In this document: piece after piece, positions 37,545 through 46,471 of the stretch
Layout of the letters: every line of letters starts with the position of its first letter
How positions within the stretch are numbered: the stretch's first letter is position 1
Origin: Cyclobacteriaceae bacterium
GTDB lineage: Bacteria > Bacteroidota > Bacteroidia > Cytophagales > Cyclobacteriaceae
Reading direction: 5' to 3'
Length of the DNA: 64,000 nucleotides
Assembly: GCA_049115815.1 (NCBI GenBank)
Contig: JAGDZO010000010.1
Span: 180,895-244,894, forward strand
The notes under the pieces: model-generated
Databases searched by the model: none
What the model was told of the DNA's origin: nothing
What the model saw: only the letters and a program-made list of their open reading frames with translations
Program-made: the position numbers and the translations under genes

Positions 37545-37703
37545 ATGGCTAAGACAAGAGAATGTCCTTCGTGTGCGATGGAGGTGGATGCAAAGTCAAA
37601 AGTTTGCCCTATCTGTAGTTATGAATTCACTGAATTTTCTAACAGTTACAAGGTAGTCGCCATCTTGCTCATTTTGTTGTTTCTGTTTATGCTGATCTTT
37701 TAG
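37545..37703 (+). CDS. Small zinc-ribbon protein with a C-terminal TM anchor (not in the supplied ORF track)
   Basis: 52 codons read by hand: MAKTRECPSCAMEVDAKSKVCPICSYEFTEFSNSYKVVAILLILLFLFMLIF. It has a CPxC-x10-CPxC knuckle pair plus a hydrophobic tail. It lies 15 nt after the ettA stop and 4 nt before the DUF72 start. Confidence 0.55.
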   Translation: MAKTRECPSCAMEVDAKSKVCPICSYEFTEFSNSYKVVAILLILLFLFMLIF

Positions 37704-37707
37704 TTTC

Positions 37708-38604
37708 ATGAAGTTTGGAGCAGTAGAGGATCCTTCGCTTGTAGACTTTGTACTGCCTGAAGATCATCCGGGTACGGAAAGAATTCTTACTACGCAGAGT
37801 TCTGGAGAAGCATTTGAAGCATATGTGGGTTGCTCAAAATGGAACCGAGCTGACCTCAAACATTTTTATCCACGAGGCACCAAAGATGATTTGGCTTACT
37901 ATGCTCGCCAATTCAATTGTATTGAGCATAATGCCACTTTTCATCGCAATTATGGTCCTGACCAAATGGAAAAGTGGGCTAGCAAAGTGCCGGACAATTT
38001 CAAATTCTTCCCCAAGGTCTCCAGATATATCAGCCACCTCAAGCGACTAAAGGAGGTAGAAGTTTATGTAGATGAGCATTGCCACAACATCTCACATTTC
38101 GGAGACAAATTGGAAATGGCTTTTATTCAGCTTCATGACAACTTTGCTCCCAAAGATAGAGATCGGGTCAAAGCATTTATTGAGGCGTGGTATGTCAACA
38201 TTCCGCTAGCAATAGAGCTACGCAATACTCATTGGTTTCACGATGAGGAAGTTTCTGAATGGCTTTATGATCTGCTTGAAAAGCATCATGTAGCCAATGT
38301 GATTACCGACACAGCAGGTAGGAGGGATCTGTTACATATGAGATTAACCACTAGTGAGGCTTTTGTGAGATTCGTAGGAGCCAATCACGAATCAGATTAT
38401 TCGAGGATGGAGGATTGGATAGATCGCATCCAGACATGGAAGGCCATGGGATTGAACAAACTGTATTTTTTCGTGCATCAGAACCTTGAAAAAGCGTCTC
38501 CCTATCTCGCAGATTATTTTATTTCCAGACTGAACGAAGAGTTTGATCTTCAATTGAAAAGGCCAAAATTGTTGGAGGAATATGAAAATTCAAGATTGTT
38601 CTAA
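37708..38604 (+). CDS. DUF72 family protein
   Basis: 298 aa with a typical DUF72 layout (YVGCSKWNR..., FNCIEHNATFHR, FFPKVSRYISH). Confidence 0.75.
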   Translation: MKFGAVEDPSLVDFVLPEDHPGTERILTTQSSGEAFEAYVGCSKWNRADLKHFYPRGTKDDLAYYARQFNCIEHNATFHRNYGPDQMEKWASKVPDNFKFFPKVSRYISHLKRLKEVEVYVDEHCHNISHFGDKLEMAFIQLHDNFAPKDRDRVKAFIEAWYVNIPLAIELRNTHWFHDEEVSEWLYDLLEKHHVANVITDTAGRRDLLHMRLTTSEAFVRFVGANHESDYSRMEDWIDRIQTWKAMGLNKLYFFVHQNLEKASPYLADYFISRLNEEFDLQLKRPKLLEEYENSRLF

Positions 38605-38663
38605 TTTGAATTTAGGCTTGAACACTTTATTCGAAAGTTTCGAACGGATAAGGGTCTAGATTA

Positions 38664-39287
38664 TCAAAGTATTTTGTCTTTCGCCAAAGCGTCAAGGAGG
38701 GTCTTAGAAAAAGGAGTCAAAGCCGGAATTCCCGGTATAGCATGATCATATTTGAATTGGAAAGTCCAAACTAAATTATTGTCTACGTCATCTGAAGTGA
38801 GATCATAGAAATGAGCTTCATAAATGAAATTGCTCATCTCAGAATAGTAACCTTTTTGATAAATTTCTTGGTAGGTAGTGATGTATGTGCTTCCAAATCT
38901 ACTTCTAGAATACGGCACAATGTAAGTGGCGTCAGGAGTGAAAACTGCCCGAGTGGACACATTGACCACCGCCAGTGATAGTACGCCTTCCACACCTTTG
39001 GAAAGCAAATTTTTTCTAATTGTTTTTACATCCAAATCTTTGGCCCACTCTGGTGGAAGCAATGCCATGCCTTGTACACAAGCGTAACCTTTTTTTCTCA
39101 ACTGATTGAATGTGCTTATTTCAAAATCATTGGCATCTTGGAGGTCTTTTGACAAGCCAAAAATCGCAATCTTGTTGTATTGTTTATATGAATAATCTGG
39201 TGCCGTCCAATTATAGTAAGTGTTGTTGGGAGCGCATGCTGTTAATAGCATTATTCCTAAAATAAGGACAAAGCAGTTTTTGATCAT
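38664..39287 (-). CDS. Putative lipoprotein
   Basis: 207 aa with a signal peptide and lipobox (LGIMLLTAC). No other motif was recognised. It starts 33 nt after the arsS-like gene on the same strand. Confidence 0.6.
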   Translation of the reverse strand: MIKNCFVLILGIMLLTACAPNNTYYNWTAPDYSYKQYNKIAIFGLSKDLQDANDFEISTFNQLRKKGYACVQGMALLPPEWAKDLDVKTIRKNLLSKGVEGVLSLAVVNVSTRAVFTPDATYIVPYSRSRFGSTYITTYQEIYQKGYYSEMSNFIYEAHFYDLTSDDVDNNLVWTFQFKYDHAIPGIPALTPFSKTLLDALAKDKIL

Positions 39288-39320
39288 GTAATCGAAATTT
39301 GCTGTAAAGTAGGGAAAAAC

Positions 39321-40367
39321 CTAAGCAGTAGCCCCACCACAGCTAGATCCAGCACCTGCCGTGCAGCCAAAACAATGCTGACTGATTCGGATTGAACGAT
39401 TATTGGTCAATTCCAGATCGAAATCTGAAATGTGAATAGGCGCATCCTCCAATTTCAAATCTAGCATTTGATTAAAATCACAATCATATAGGTATCCATC
39501 CCAGCTGACGCTGATGGTGTTTCGGCACATCACTCCAGCCGCAGCAGCAGGATTGAAGGCATTCACCAATTCGTGCATATATGATTCATAGTTCTCAGTA
39601 TTGATGAGATAGTCCAAGAACCTGCTAATTGGTAAATTGGTGATAGCAAAAAGCTCATTAAATTCTATCTGATAAAGATCCATAAGTTTCTGCTTGAACT
39701 GGGCTTCAAGCTCCATTTGATCTCCAGGCAAAAATGCGCCAGATGGATTATAAACTAAGTCTAGTTTTAATCCAGAATCTGCTTTGCCATATCCTACTTC
39801 GTTGAGCATTTTGAGGCCTTTGATAGATTTCTCAAAAACGCCTTCTCCTCGCTGTGCATCTGTTCGCTTTGCCGCAAAGTATGGCAAAGATGATACTACA
39901 TTAACTCTATGTTTTCTGAAGAACTCAGGTAAGTCATTGTACTTTGGATTGGCTGTGATGATAGTTAGGTTACACCGAACTATGGTTGATTTGCCCATAG
40001 CCGAAATCTCCTCTACGAACCACCTGAAATCTGGGTTCATTTCCGGAGCTCCTCCTGTCAAATCAACCGTTTTTACATCAGTGTCTCTAAGAGCATCAAG
40101 GATCTGAGCCATGGTCTCACGGGTCATGATCTCTTTACGATCTGGGCCGGCATCTACATGACAATGTTTGCAGACCTGATTGCACATTTTACCTACATTG
40201 ATTTGGAATATCTCAATGCCTGTGGCTTTGAGCGGGAATAATCCCAAAGGATCAATCTTCGACTCAAAACTTGGGATGCCGATAGACGTGTTATCATCTA
40301 AGATGGCTACCTGTTTTTTGGCTATTGCCAATTCGTTTTTTTGCCTTTTTAGGGAAGCTAAGCTCAT
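39321..40367 (-). CDS. arsS: Radical SAM / Cys-rich domain protein of the ArsS (arsenosugar biosynthesis) family
   Basis: 348 aa with the radical SAM CxxxCxxC motif (CNQVCKHC) and the characteristic Cys/Gly-rich C-terminus HCFGCTAGAGSSCGGATA. All Cys codons are TGY, with no in-frame TGA. Confidence 0.75.
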   Translation of the reverse strand: MSLASLKRQKNELAIAKKQVAILDDNTSIGIPSFESKIDPLGLFPLKATGIEIFQINVGKMCNQVCKHCHVDAGPDRKEIMTRETMAQILDALRDTDVKTVDLTGGAPEMNPDFRWFVEEISAMGKSTIVRCNLTIITANPKYNDLPEFFRKHRVNVVSSLPYFAAKRTDAQRGEGVFEKSIKGLKMLNEVGYGKADSGLKLDLVYNPSGAFLPGDQMELEAQFKQKLMDLYQIEFNELFAITNLPISRFLDYLINTENYESYMHELVNAFNPAAAAGVMCRNTISVSWDGYLYDCDFNQMLDLKLEDAPIHISDFDLELTNNRSIRISQHCFGCTAGAGSSCGGATA

Positions 40368-40398
40368 TTAATCTTTATTTTGGACTGCCCGGTGGGCA

Positions 40399-40734
40399 TC
40401 ACATCATTTTATCTTTCACTTGGTTCATCATCTGCACGCCATGTACCAGTGTGGCTCCACCGCGTATCGCCCCCGCTACATGTACCGCTTCCATCATTTC
40501 TTCCTCATCCAATCCTCTCTTGAGTCCATCAGAAGTGTAAGCATCTATACAATACGGACATTGGATGGCATGCGAAACTGCCAGTGCTATTAGCGATTTT
40601 TCTCTTGCAGTCAATGCTCCGGGTTTGAAAACACTACCGTAGTAATCAAAAAATTTATCTCCTAGTTCCTTTTGGAATTCGGTGATGTTACCAAATTTCC
40701 CAAGGTCTTCTCTGTTGTAGTACGTTTCTTTCAT
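40399..40734 (-). CDS. Carboxymuconolactone decarboxylase/AhpD-fold peroxidase-like protein (ArsS-associated family)
   Basis: 111 aa with an AhpD-type CxxC motif (HAIQCPYCIDAY). It lies 31 nt upstream of the arsS-like gene on the same strand. Confidence 0.7.
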   Translation of the reverse strand: MKETYYNREDLGKFGNITEFQKELGDKFFDYYGSVFKPGALTAREKSLIALAVSHAIQCPYCIDAYTSDGLKRGLDEEEMMEAVHVAGAIRGGATLVHGVQMMNQVKDKMM

Positions 40735-40800
40735 GGTCTAACTATTCGATTTACTGAGCCAAAGCCCAGATCCAAATGAAGCGTTAAGATAATAGAAAGA

Positions 40801-40816
40801 AGATCAACATTGATCT
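40801..40816. promoter_or_regulatory. Perfect 7-2-7 palindrome AGATCAA-ca-TTGATCT (candidate operator)
   Basis: Read directly, 67 nt upstream of the peroxidase-like start, within a 198-nt non-coding spacer downstream of aroA. Confidence 0.35.
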
Positions 40817-40932
40817 AGCTGACAGACTTACGAGTAGGGTGAGTTAGATTAAGACCCTTTAGGTAATTGATATGACATTTCAATGGCCAGAAACGAGCAA
40901 TCAAACTTGCTTGGATGAGAACTTAAAGTTTC

Positions 40933-42156
40933 TCAATAGGACATGTAGGTAATTCCCACAGATTGTAGATCCTTCCAAAACGCTGGGTAAGATTTCTGTA
41001 CCACATCAGGGTCATCAATAGTCACCTTTCGCACGGCACATACTGGAGCAAATGCCATGGCCATTCGATGATCGTCATATGTATCAATGGTGCTGATATT
41101 GCTAGGCACTATTCCTGGTTTCATGATCCAGTTGGCAGAGTCTAATTCAATCAATTGAGCACCTAGTTTTTTGAGTTCATTTTGCATAGCCTCAATCCGA
41201 TCAGTTTCTTTGATGCGCAGGCTTTCTAGTCCTACCATTTTCAAAGTTGATCCCTTGATGGCAGCTGTCACCATCACCGTCTGAGCTAAATCAGGGCAAG
41301 TTCTGAAATCAATGGATATTTCTGGCTGTACTTTCCCAGTGCTCGTCAGAAGGGCGCCACCTGAGGTGTATGTTGTTCCTACGCCGAGCTGCTTCATGAT
41401 ATCTACTATCTTCTGGTCTCCTTGCAAACTATCTTCACGCAGGCCGCCTAAGGTGATGTTGGCAGATTTAGTTAGCGCAGCTAATGAAAACCAATAGCTT
41501 GCGCCCGACCAATCACTTTCTATGGTGTACGATCCTTTGGTATAATCTTGAGGTTCGATTCGGATGGTGTCACCTAACCAAGATGATTCAACACCAAATC
41601 TTTTCATGAGGCCAAGAGTCATCTCAATGTAGGGTCTGCTAAATACTTCGGTCGTGAGTTTTAGGGTTAATCCTTTCGGTAGAGTAGGCCCTATCATGAG
41701 CAAGGCACTGATAAACTGACTACTAATGTTACCTGGTATTTCTATCGTTTCCGCTTGCTGTTTTTGTATTCCTTGTATTTTGAGAGGAGGATATCCGTCC
41801 TTGTCTAGATATTCAATATTCGCGCCGAGCGCTCTCAATGCATCCACGAGTAAGCCAATTGGCCGCTGACACATTCTTGGAGTTCCAGTGATGGTTTGGC
41901 CAGTTCCTTTGATTCCCAAATATGCTGTACAAAACCTCATGGTAGTACCCGCATCCAAAACGTCCCAGACCTCAGCAGCTTCTTGCATGAGTCTTGTCAT
42001 CGTTTGAGTATCTCGAGCGGCGGATAGGTTGTCCAACACCAGCTTATTCCCACTTAGCGCATTAATTAAAAGTGCTCGATTGCTTTCACTCTTCGAAGAG
42101 GTTAATTGAACCCTCCCTTGGAGTGATTCATCGAATATTGACAGTTGATATTTCAA
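40933..42156 (-). CDS. aroA: 3-phosphoshikimate 1-carboxyvinyltransferase (EPSP synthase)
   Basis: 407 aa with LTSSKSESNRALL, GTTMRF and ETDRIEAM motifs. Confidence 0.92.
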   Translation of the reverse strand: MKYQLSIFDESLQGRVQLTSSKSESNRALLINALSGNKLVLDNLSAARDTQTMTRLMQEAAEVWDVLDAGTTMRFCTAYLGIKGTGQTITGTPRMCQRPIGLLVDALRALGANIEYLDKDGYPPLKIQGIQKQQAETIEIPGNISSQFISALLMIGPTLPKGLTLKLTTEVFSRPYIEMTLGLMKRFGVESSWLGDTIRIEPQDYTKGSYTIESDWSGASYWFSLAALTKSANITLGGLREDSLQGDQKIVDIMKQLGVGTTYTSGGALLTSTGKVQPEISIDFRTCPDLAQTVMVTAAIKGSTLKMVGLESLRIKETDRIEAMQNELKKLGAQLIELDSANWIMKPGIVPSNISTIDTYDDHRMAMAFAPVCAVRKVTIDDPDVVQKSYPAFWKDLQSVGITYMSY

Positions 42157-42188
42157 ACTTTATTTTTATTAGATGAACGGAATTTTGT

Positions 42189-42196
42189 CAAACATA
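42189..42196 (-). promoter_or_regulatory. Candidate -7 box (TATGTTTG on the minus strand) for aroA
   Basis: An exact TAnnTTTG match about 33 nt upstream of the aroA ATG. No clean -33 element is present. Confidence 0.3.
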
Positions 42197-42241
42197 TGTA
42201 GATACTAATCCGTTTATTATTCTCAATTATTAACTTCAAAA

Positions 42242-42406
42242 ATGATGTCCATTACAAAAACCCTCAGCGCCCTAATCACAACTATTTTAGTTGGATCAGT
42301 TGCATTCTTATTTTCAGCCCCGAAAAAAATCAACAGCGGAAAATCAAGAGTTGCCAAAACTACTTCTCATCCGAGAATTGACAGTGGCGATGATCTGTTT
42401 ATTTAA
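42242..42406 (+). CDS. Possible 54-aa single-TM peptide (not in the supplied ORF track)
   Basis: MMSITKTLSALITTILVGSVAFLFSAPKKINSGKSRVAKTTSHPRIDSGDDLFI has one hydrophobic helix followed by a basic tail. It lies on the opposite strand between aroB and aroA and overlaps the aroB 3' end by 8 nt. It could be a chance ORF. Confidence 0.2.
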   Translation: MMSITKTLSALITTILVGSVAFLFSAPKKINSGKSRVAKTTSHPRIDSGDDLFI

Positions 42407-43502
42407 GATTTTGGTAGTAAGAAAACGATTTTGATATCCAATCAGGATCCACTTGATCGTCATAAGAGCATTTTCCTATGGCGGTCAGGAGTGAGTAGTT
42501 GATCTTACTCCCAGTATTCTTTTTGTCATGCACCACCAGAGAGAGCACCTCATCCAATGGTGGTAGCTCTATTTTGCCATAAGTTTCTATCAAGAAACCG
42601 GTAATAACCTCCAATTCTTCAAGACTGAGTTGTTCGATTTTATTAGCCAAATAAGCCTCTAGAATCATACCCACGGCTATTGCTTCACCATGCAGCAACG
42701 ATTTTCCAGCATTGAGATACCACGTCTCGATACCGTGTCCTAGCGTGTGTCCGTAGTTCAAAATTTTCCTAAGCCCTTTTTCCTTAGGATCTTCAGCTAC
42801 CACCGCACCTTTGATTTCCGCAGATCGTCGAATGACTGCATGCCAATCATGCTCTGGAAATGGTACTGATTTGATTTCCTCTAAATAGGCTCGATCAAAA
42901 ATAAGTCCGTGCTTGATAACCTCCGCAAAACCAGACTTCAACTCTCTCTCAGGAAGCGTCTTCAAAAACCTATCGCAGATAATCACCGCATCAGGATCAT
43001 TGAATATGCCAATATGATTTTTGAATCCATTGAAATCAATACCAAGCTTACCGCCAATGTTGGCATCCACGGCAGCTAATAATGTGGTTGGGAAATTGAC
43101 AAAACGAATACCTCGTTTATATGTGCTTGCACAAAAGCCGCCCATATCACCTATCACACCACCACCTACATTGACGAGCAAAGATTTTCTGCTAAATCCA
43201 GCATTGGTGAGCTCCGTCCAGATTGATTGACAAGTGTCTAGGTTTTTGTTGATTTCTCCGCTAGCAATTTCTATGACCAACCCATCACCCAAATCTCCCA
43301 GCAGAGGCAGACAATCCACTCTCGTGTTTTCGTCTACAAGGTAAGCAACACGGTCCGGCCGCAAGGTTTTGAGCGTCTCTTGTAAACTTTTTGCTGGGTC
43401 TTTGGTAAAGGAAATATAATCTGGAATATGCAAGATTGTGTATTGTAAGATCAGTACTAAATCGAATAAAAAAATGATGTGGGCCTTACTATCTTTGCCC
43501 AC
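42399..43502 (-). CDS. aroB: 3-dehydroquinate synthase
   Basis: Contains GGGVIGDMGGF, the metal ligands HGLIFD and GHTLGHG. The track start (GTG at 43502) adds a hydrophobic extension. A later TTG at 43433 (…HIPDYISF) would give a more typical length, so the start is uncertain. Confidence 0.88.
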   Translation of the reverse strand: MGKDSKAHIIFLFDLVLILQYTILHIPDYISFTKDPAKSLQETLKTLRPDRVAYLVDENTRVDCLPLLGDLGDGLVIEIASGEINKNLDTCQSIWTELTNAGFSRKSLLVNVGGGVIGDMGGFCASTYKRGIRFVNFPTTLLAAVDANIGGKLGIDFNGFKNHIGIFNDPDAVIICDRFLKTLPERELKSGFAEVIKHGLIFDRAYLEEIKSVPFPEHDWHAVIRRSAEIKGAVVAEDPKEKGLRKILNYGHTLGHGIETWYLNAGKSLLHGEAIAVGMILEAYLANKIEQLSLEELEVITGFLIETYGKIELPPLDEVLSLVVHDKKNTGSKINYSLLTAIGKCSYDDQVDPDWISKSFSYYQNLK

Positions 43503-43558
43503 CTATTTTCTGATACCACCCTATTCAAACAGTGTCAGGAAAACAAGAATCCAAAAGT

Positions 43559-44740
43559 ATGTCAGAAAATTCTAAAATCAACTTTGAAGACACAGCAACT
43601 GCCTTTGCTCATAAGACTGATGCGGGTTTGCGTAAGTCACATTTTGTGTTTTCTACGATGGACTATCCCTGGCTTGTTAAGTTGGGAACTTTCATGACCA
43701 CCACGGCATTGAATTTGAAATTACCCGTTAAGGGATTGATTCGAGACACATTGTTTGATCAGTTTTGTGGAGGAGAGTCAATAGAAGGTAGTGAGCCAAG
43801 AATGATCGAGCTGGCACAGTCAAAGGTCAAAACCATCCTTGACTACAGCGTGGAAGGGGAGGCGAGCGAAGAGGGTTATGATGAAGCGTTCAAAGAGGCA
43901 ATTCGAGTTTCTGAATATGCCAAGCAGCATGTAAGTATTCCTTTCTGTGTGATCAAGCTGACGGGTCTGGGTTCTCCCAAACTTATGGCCAAAAAGCAGG
44001 CCGGTAAAGAGCTTACCATAGAAGAGCAAAGTCGATTTGACAAGATGGTTTTCCGGATCGATAAGATCGTGGAAAATGCTGTGAAGAACGATATGAAATT
44101 TATGATTGATGCAGAGGAATCCTGGATTCAGGATGTCATAGACGGTATCACATATGATTTGATGTTGAAATACAATCGCGAAAAACCATACGTGTACAAT
44201 ACTTATCAGCTTTATCGCCACGCAGCATTGAGCAATATGCAGCAAGGCCATAAATTGGTTACTGAGGCGGGATGTCTATTTGCAGCCAAGCTGGTGCGTG
44301 GAGCTTATATGGAAAAAGAACGTGATCGTGCAGAGGAGCTTGATTATCAGAACCCTATTCAAAAAGACAAAGCCTCTACGGACAAAGATTACAATGCCGC
44401 TCTGGCATTTGCAATGGAGCATATTGATCGGTTTGCGATCTGTGCGGGCACTCACAATGAAGATTCTTGTCAACAATTGGTCAATCTTATGCAGACGTAT
44501 GGTATAGAAAAGTCAGATGATAGGGTTTATTTTGCACAGCTTTTGGGCATGAGCGATAATATCTCTTTCAAATTGGCTGATTTGGGATACAATGTTGCTA
44601 AGTATGTACCCTATGGGCCTGTGGAAAAGGTGCTTCCTTACCTGTTTAGAAGGGCCAATGAGAATACTTCGATAGCTGGTCAAAGCGGCAGAGAATACAC
44701 TTTGGTGAAAAAAGAAATAAAAAGAAGGCGTAGTAAATAA
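43559..44740 (+). CDS. Monofunctional proline dehydrogenase
   Basis: The ATG at 43559 is preferred over the GTG at 43532. It has a PutA-type PRODH barrel (KLVRGAYMEKER, FAQLLGMSD) and no P5C dehydrogenase domain. Confidence 0.8.
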   Translation: MSENSKINFEDTATAFAHKTDAGLRKSHFVFSTMDYPWLVKLGTFMTTTALNLKLPVKGLIRDTLFDQFCGGESIEGSEPRMIELAQSKVKTILDYSVEGEASEEGYDEAFKEAIRVSEYAKQHVSIPFCVIKLTGLGSPKLMAKKQAGKELTIEEQSRFDKMVFRIDKIVENAVKNDMKFMIDAEESWIQDVIDGITYDLMLKYNREKPYVYNTYQLYRHAALSNMQQGHKLVTEAGCLFAAKLVRGAYMEKERDRAEELDYQNPIQKDKASTDKDYNAALAFAMEHIDRFAICAGTHNEDSCQQLVNLMQTYGIEKSDDRVYFAQLLGMSDNISFKLADLGYNVAKYVPYGPVEKVLPYLFRRANENTSIAGQSGREYTLVKKEIKRRRSK

Positions 44741-44746
44741 ATTAGA

Positions 44747-46465
44747 ATGCATTTAAGCGAACAAGAAATCCAACGAAGAAACGAGCGTGAGGCTTTGATG
44801 AAAATGGGTGTGGATCCCTATCCTGCAGCACTTTTTGATGTGAATGTCAGCAGCAAGGATATCAAGGAGAATTACGAGCGCCGGAAGACTGACTACAAGG
44901 ATATCTCTATTGCAGGAAGACTGATGAGCAGAAGAATCATGGGTTCTGCTTCGTTCGCCGAGATTCAGGATAGCTACGGGAGAATACAGATTTATTTGAG
45001 GAGAGATGATCTTTGCCCTGGAGAGGATAAGTCATTATACAATGATATCTTCAAAAAGAGGCTAGATATTGGAGATATCATAGGTCTCAAAGGTTATGTC
45101 TTTACCACCGAAGTAGGTGAGATTTCTATTCATGTAACCAGCCTTCAGGTATTAAGCAAGTCACTGAGACCCTTGCCCATAGTGAAGGAGACTGAAGATG
45201 AGGAAGGGAATAAGAAGACTTATGATGCCTTCACAGACCCTGAACAGAGATACAGACAGAGATACTTAGACTTAATAGTCAACCCTCAGATCAAAGAGAC
45301 TTTCAAAAAGAGAACTCAGCTAGTAAATACTATTAGAGATTTTCTCAATAATCATGGCTACTTGGAGGTTGAGACACCTATCCTCCAACCAATACACGGT
45401 GGAGCCGCTGCTCGCCCTTTCGAGACGCACCACAATACTCTGGATATGAAACTCTATTTGCGCATAGCCAATGAGCTTTACTTGAAGAGGTTGATAGTAG
45501 GTGGTTTTGATGGTGTCTATGAGTTCGCCAAGGATTTCAGAAACGAAGGAATGTCTCGTTTTCATAATCCGGAATTCACGCAAGTGGAGCTGTACGTGGC
45601 TTATAAGGACTACAACTGGATGATGGACCTGATGGAAGCTCTTGTAGAGCAGATTGCTATCAATCTTCATGGCGATACTAAGGTGCAAGTAGGTGAGCAT
45701 GAAATTAACTTTCAGCGACCTTGGAAACGATTCACCATGTTTGAAGCGATTGAACATTTCACAGGGATCGATATTTCTGAGATGGATGAAGATCAACTCA
45801 GAGAAACGGCTAAGAAGCTTCATATCGAGGTAGATGATAGTATGGGTAGCGGGAAGTTGATTGATGAAATTTTTGGGGAGAAGTGCGAAGGTCTTTTGAT
45901 ACAACCAACGTTTATCACTGACTACCCAGAAGAGATGTCACCTTTGACCAAGAAGCATCGATCTAAGCCAGGTTTAGTCGAGCGCTTTGAGGCGATCTGT
46001 AATGGAAAAGAAATCATGAATGCATACTCCGAGCTCAATGACCCAGTAGATCAGCGTAAGCGATTTGAGGATCAGCTGGAGTTGGCCAAGAGAGGTGATG
46101 ATGAGGCAATGGTATTGGATGAAGATTTCCTTCGGGCACTAGAATATGGCATGCCGCCTACAGCTGGTGTTGGACTTGGGATTGACAGATTGGCGATGAT
46201 CATGACCAATTCAAATTCGATTCAGGACGTACTGTTCTTCCCTCAGATGAAGCCAGAAAGAAAGGCTAAGGGACCTGAGCTGAATGGAGATGAAAAATTG
46301 GTTTTCGAGTTGCTCACGAAAGAGACTAAAATGACACTTGAATTTCTTAAAGAGCAAGCTGGACTATCCAATAAAAAGTGGGATAAAGCTATAAAAGGGT
46401 TAACCAGAGGCGGTCACGCCAAGGTAGAAAAGACCGAAGAAGGATTGTTCGTAGAGGTGGTGTAA
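44747..46465 (+). CDS. lysS: Lysine--tRNA ligase, class II, with a C-terminal extension of about 68 aa
   Basis: 572 aa with an OB anticodon-binding domain and class II motifs ([15 protein letters not shown]; [13 protein letters not shown]). The core ends at FFPQMK, followed by an extra Lys/Glu-rich domain. Confidence 0.95.
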   Translation: MHLSEQEIQRRNEREALMKMGVDPYPAALFDVNVSSKDIKENYERRKTDYKDISIAGRLMSRRIMGSASFAEIQDSYGRIQIYLRRDDLCPGEDKSLYNDIFKKRLDIGDIIGLKGYVFTTEVGEISIHVTSLQVLSKSLRPLPIVKETEDEEGNKKTYDAFTDPEQRYRQRYLDLIVNPQIKETFKKRTQLVNTIRDFLNNHGYLEVETPILQPIHGGAAARPFETHHNTLDMKLYLRIANELYLKRLIVGGFDGVYEFAKDFRNEGMSRFHNPEFTQVELYVAYKDYNWMMDLMEALVEQIAINLHGDTKVQVGEHEINFQRPWKRFTMFEAIEHFTGIDISEMDEDQLRETAKKLHIEVDDSMGSGKLIDEIFGEKCEGLLIQPTFITDYPEEMSPLTKKHRSKPGLVERFEAICNGKEIMNAYSELNDPVDQRKRFEDQLELAKRGDDEAMVLDEDFLRALEYGMPPTAGVGLGIDRLAMIMTNSNSIQDVLFFPQMKPERKAKGPELNGDEKLVFELLTKETKMTLEFLKEQAGLSNKKWDKAIKGLTRGGHAKVEKTEEGLFVEVV

Positions 46466-46471
46466 CCACCT

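Noticed and set aside
37748-38050. 100-aa plus-strand ORF overlapping the DUF72 gene in another frame.
   Set aside because: It is fully nested in the DUF72 coding region, whose own frame gives a full-length family-typical protein. There is no independent support.
39321-39400. Possible selenocysteine (in-frame TGA) in the Cys-rich tail of the ArsS-like protein.
   Set aside because: The tail codons read directly as TGY cysteines (…CAT TGT TTT GGC TGC … AGC TGT GGT GGG…) and the ORF is uninterrupted, so this copy is the Cys form.
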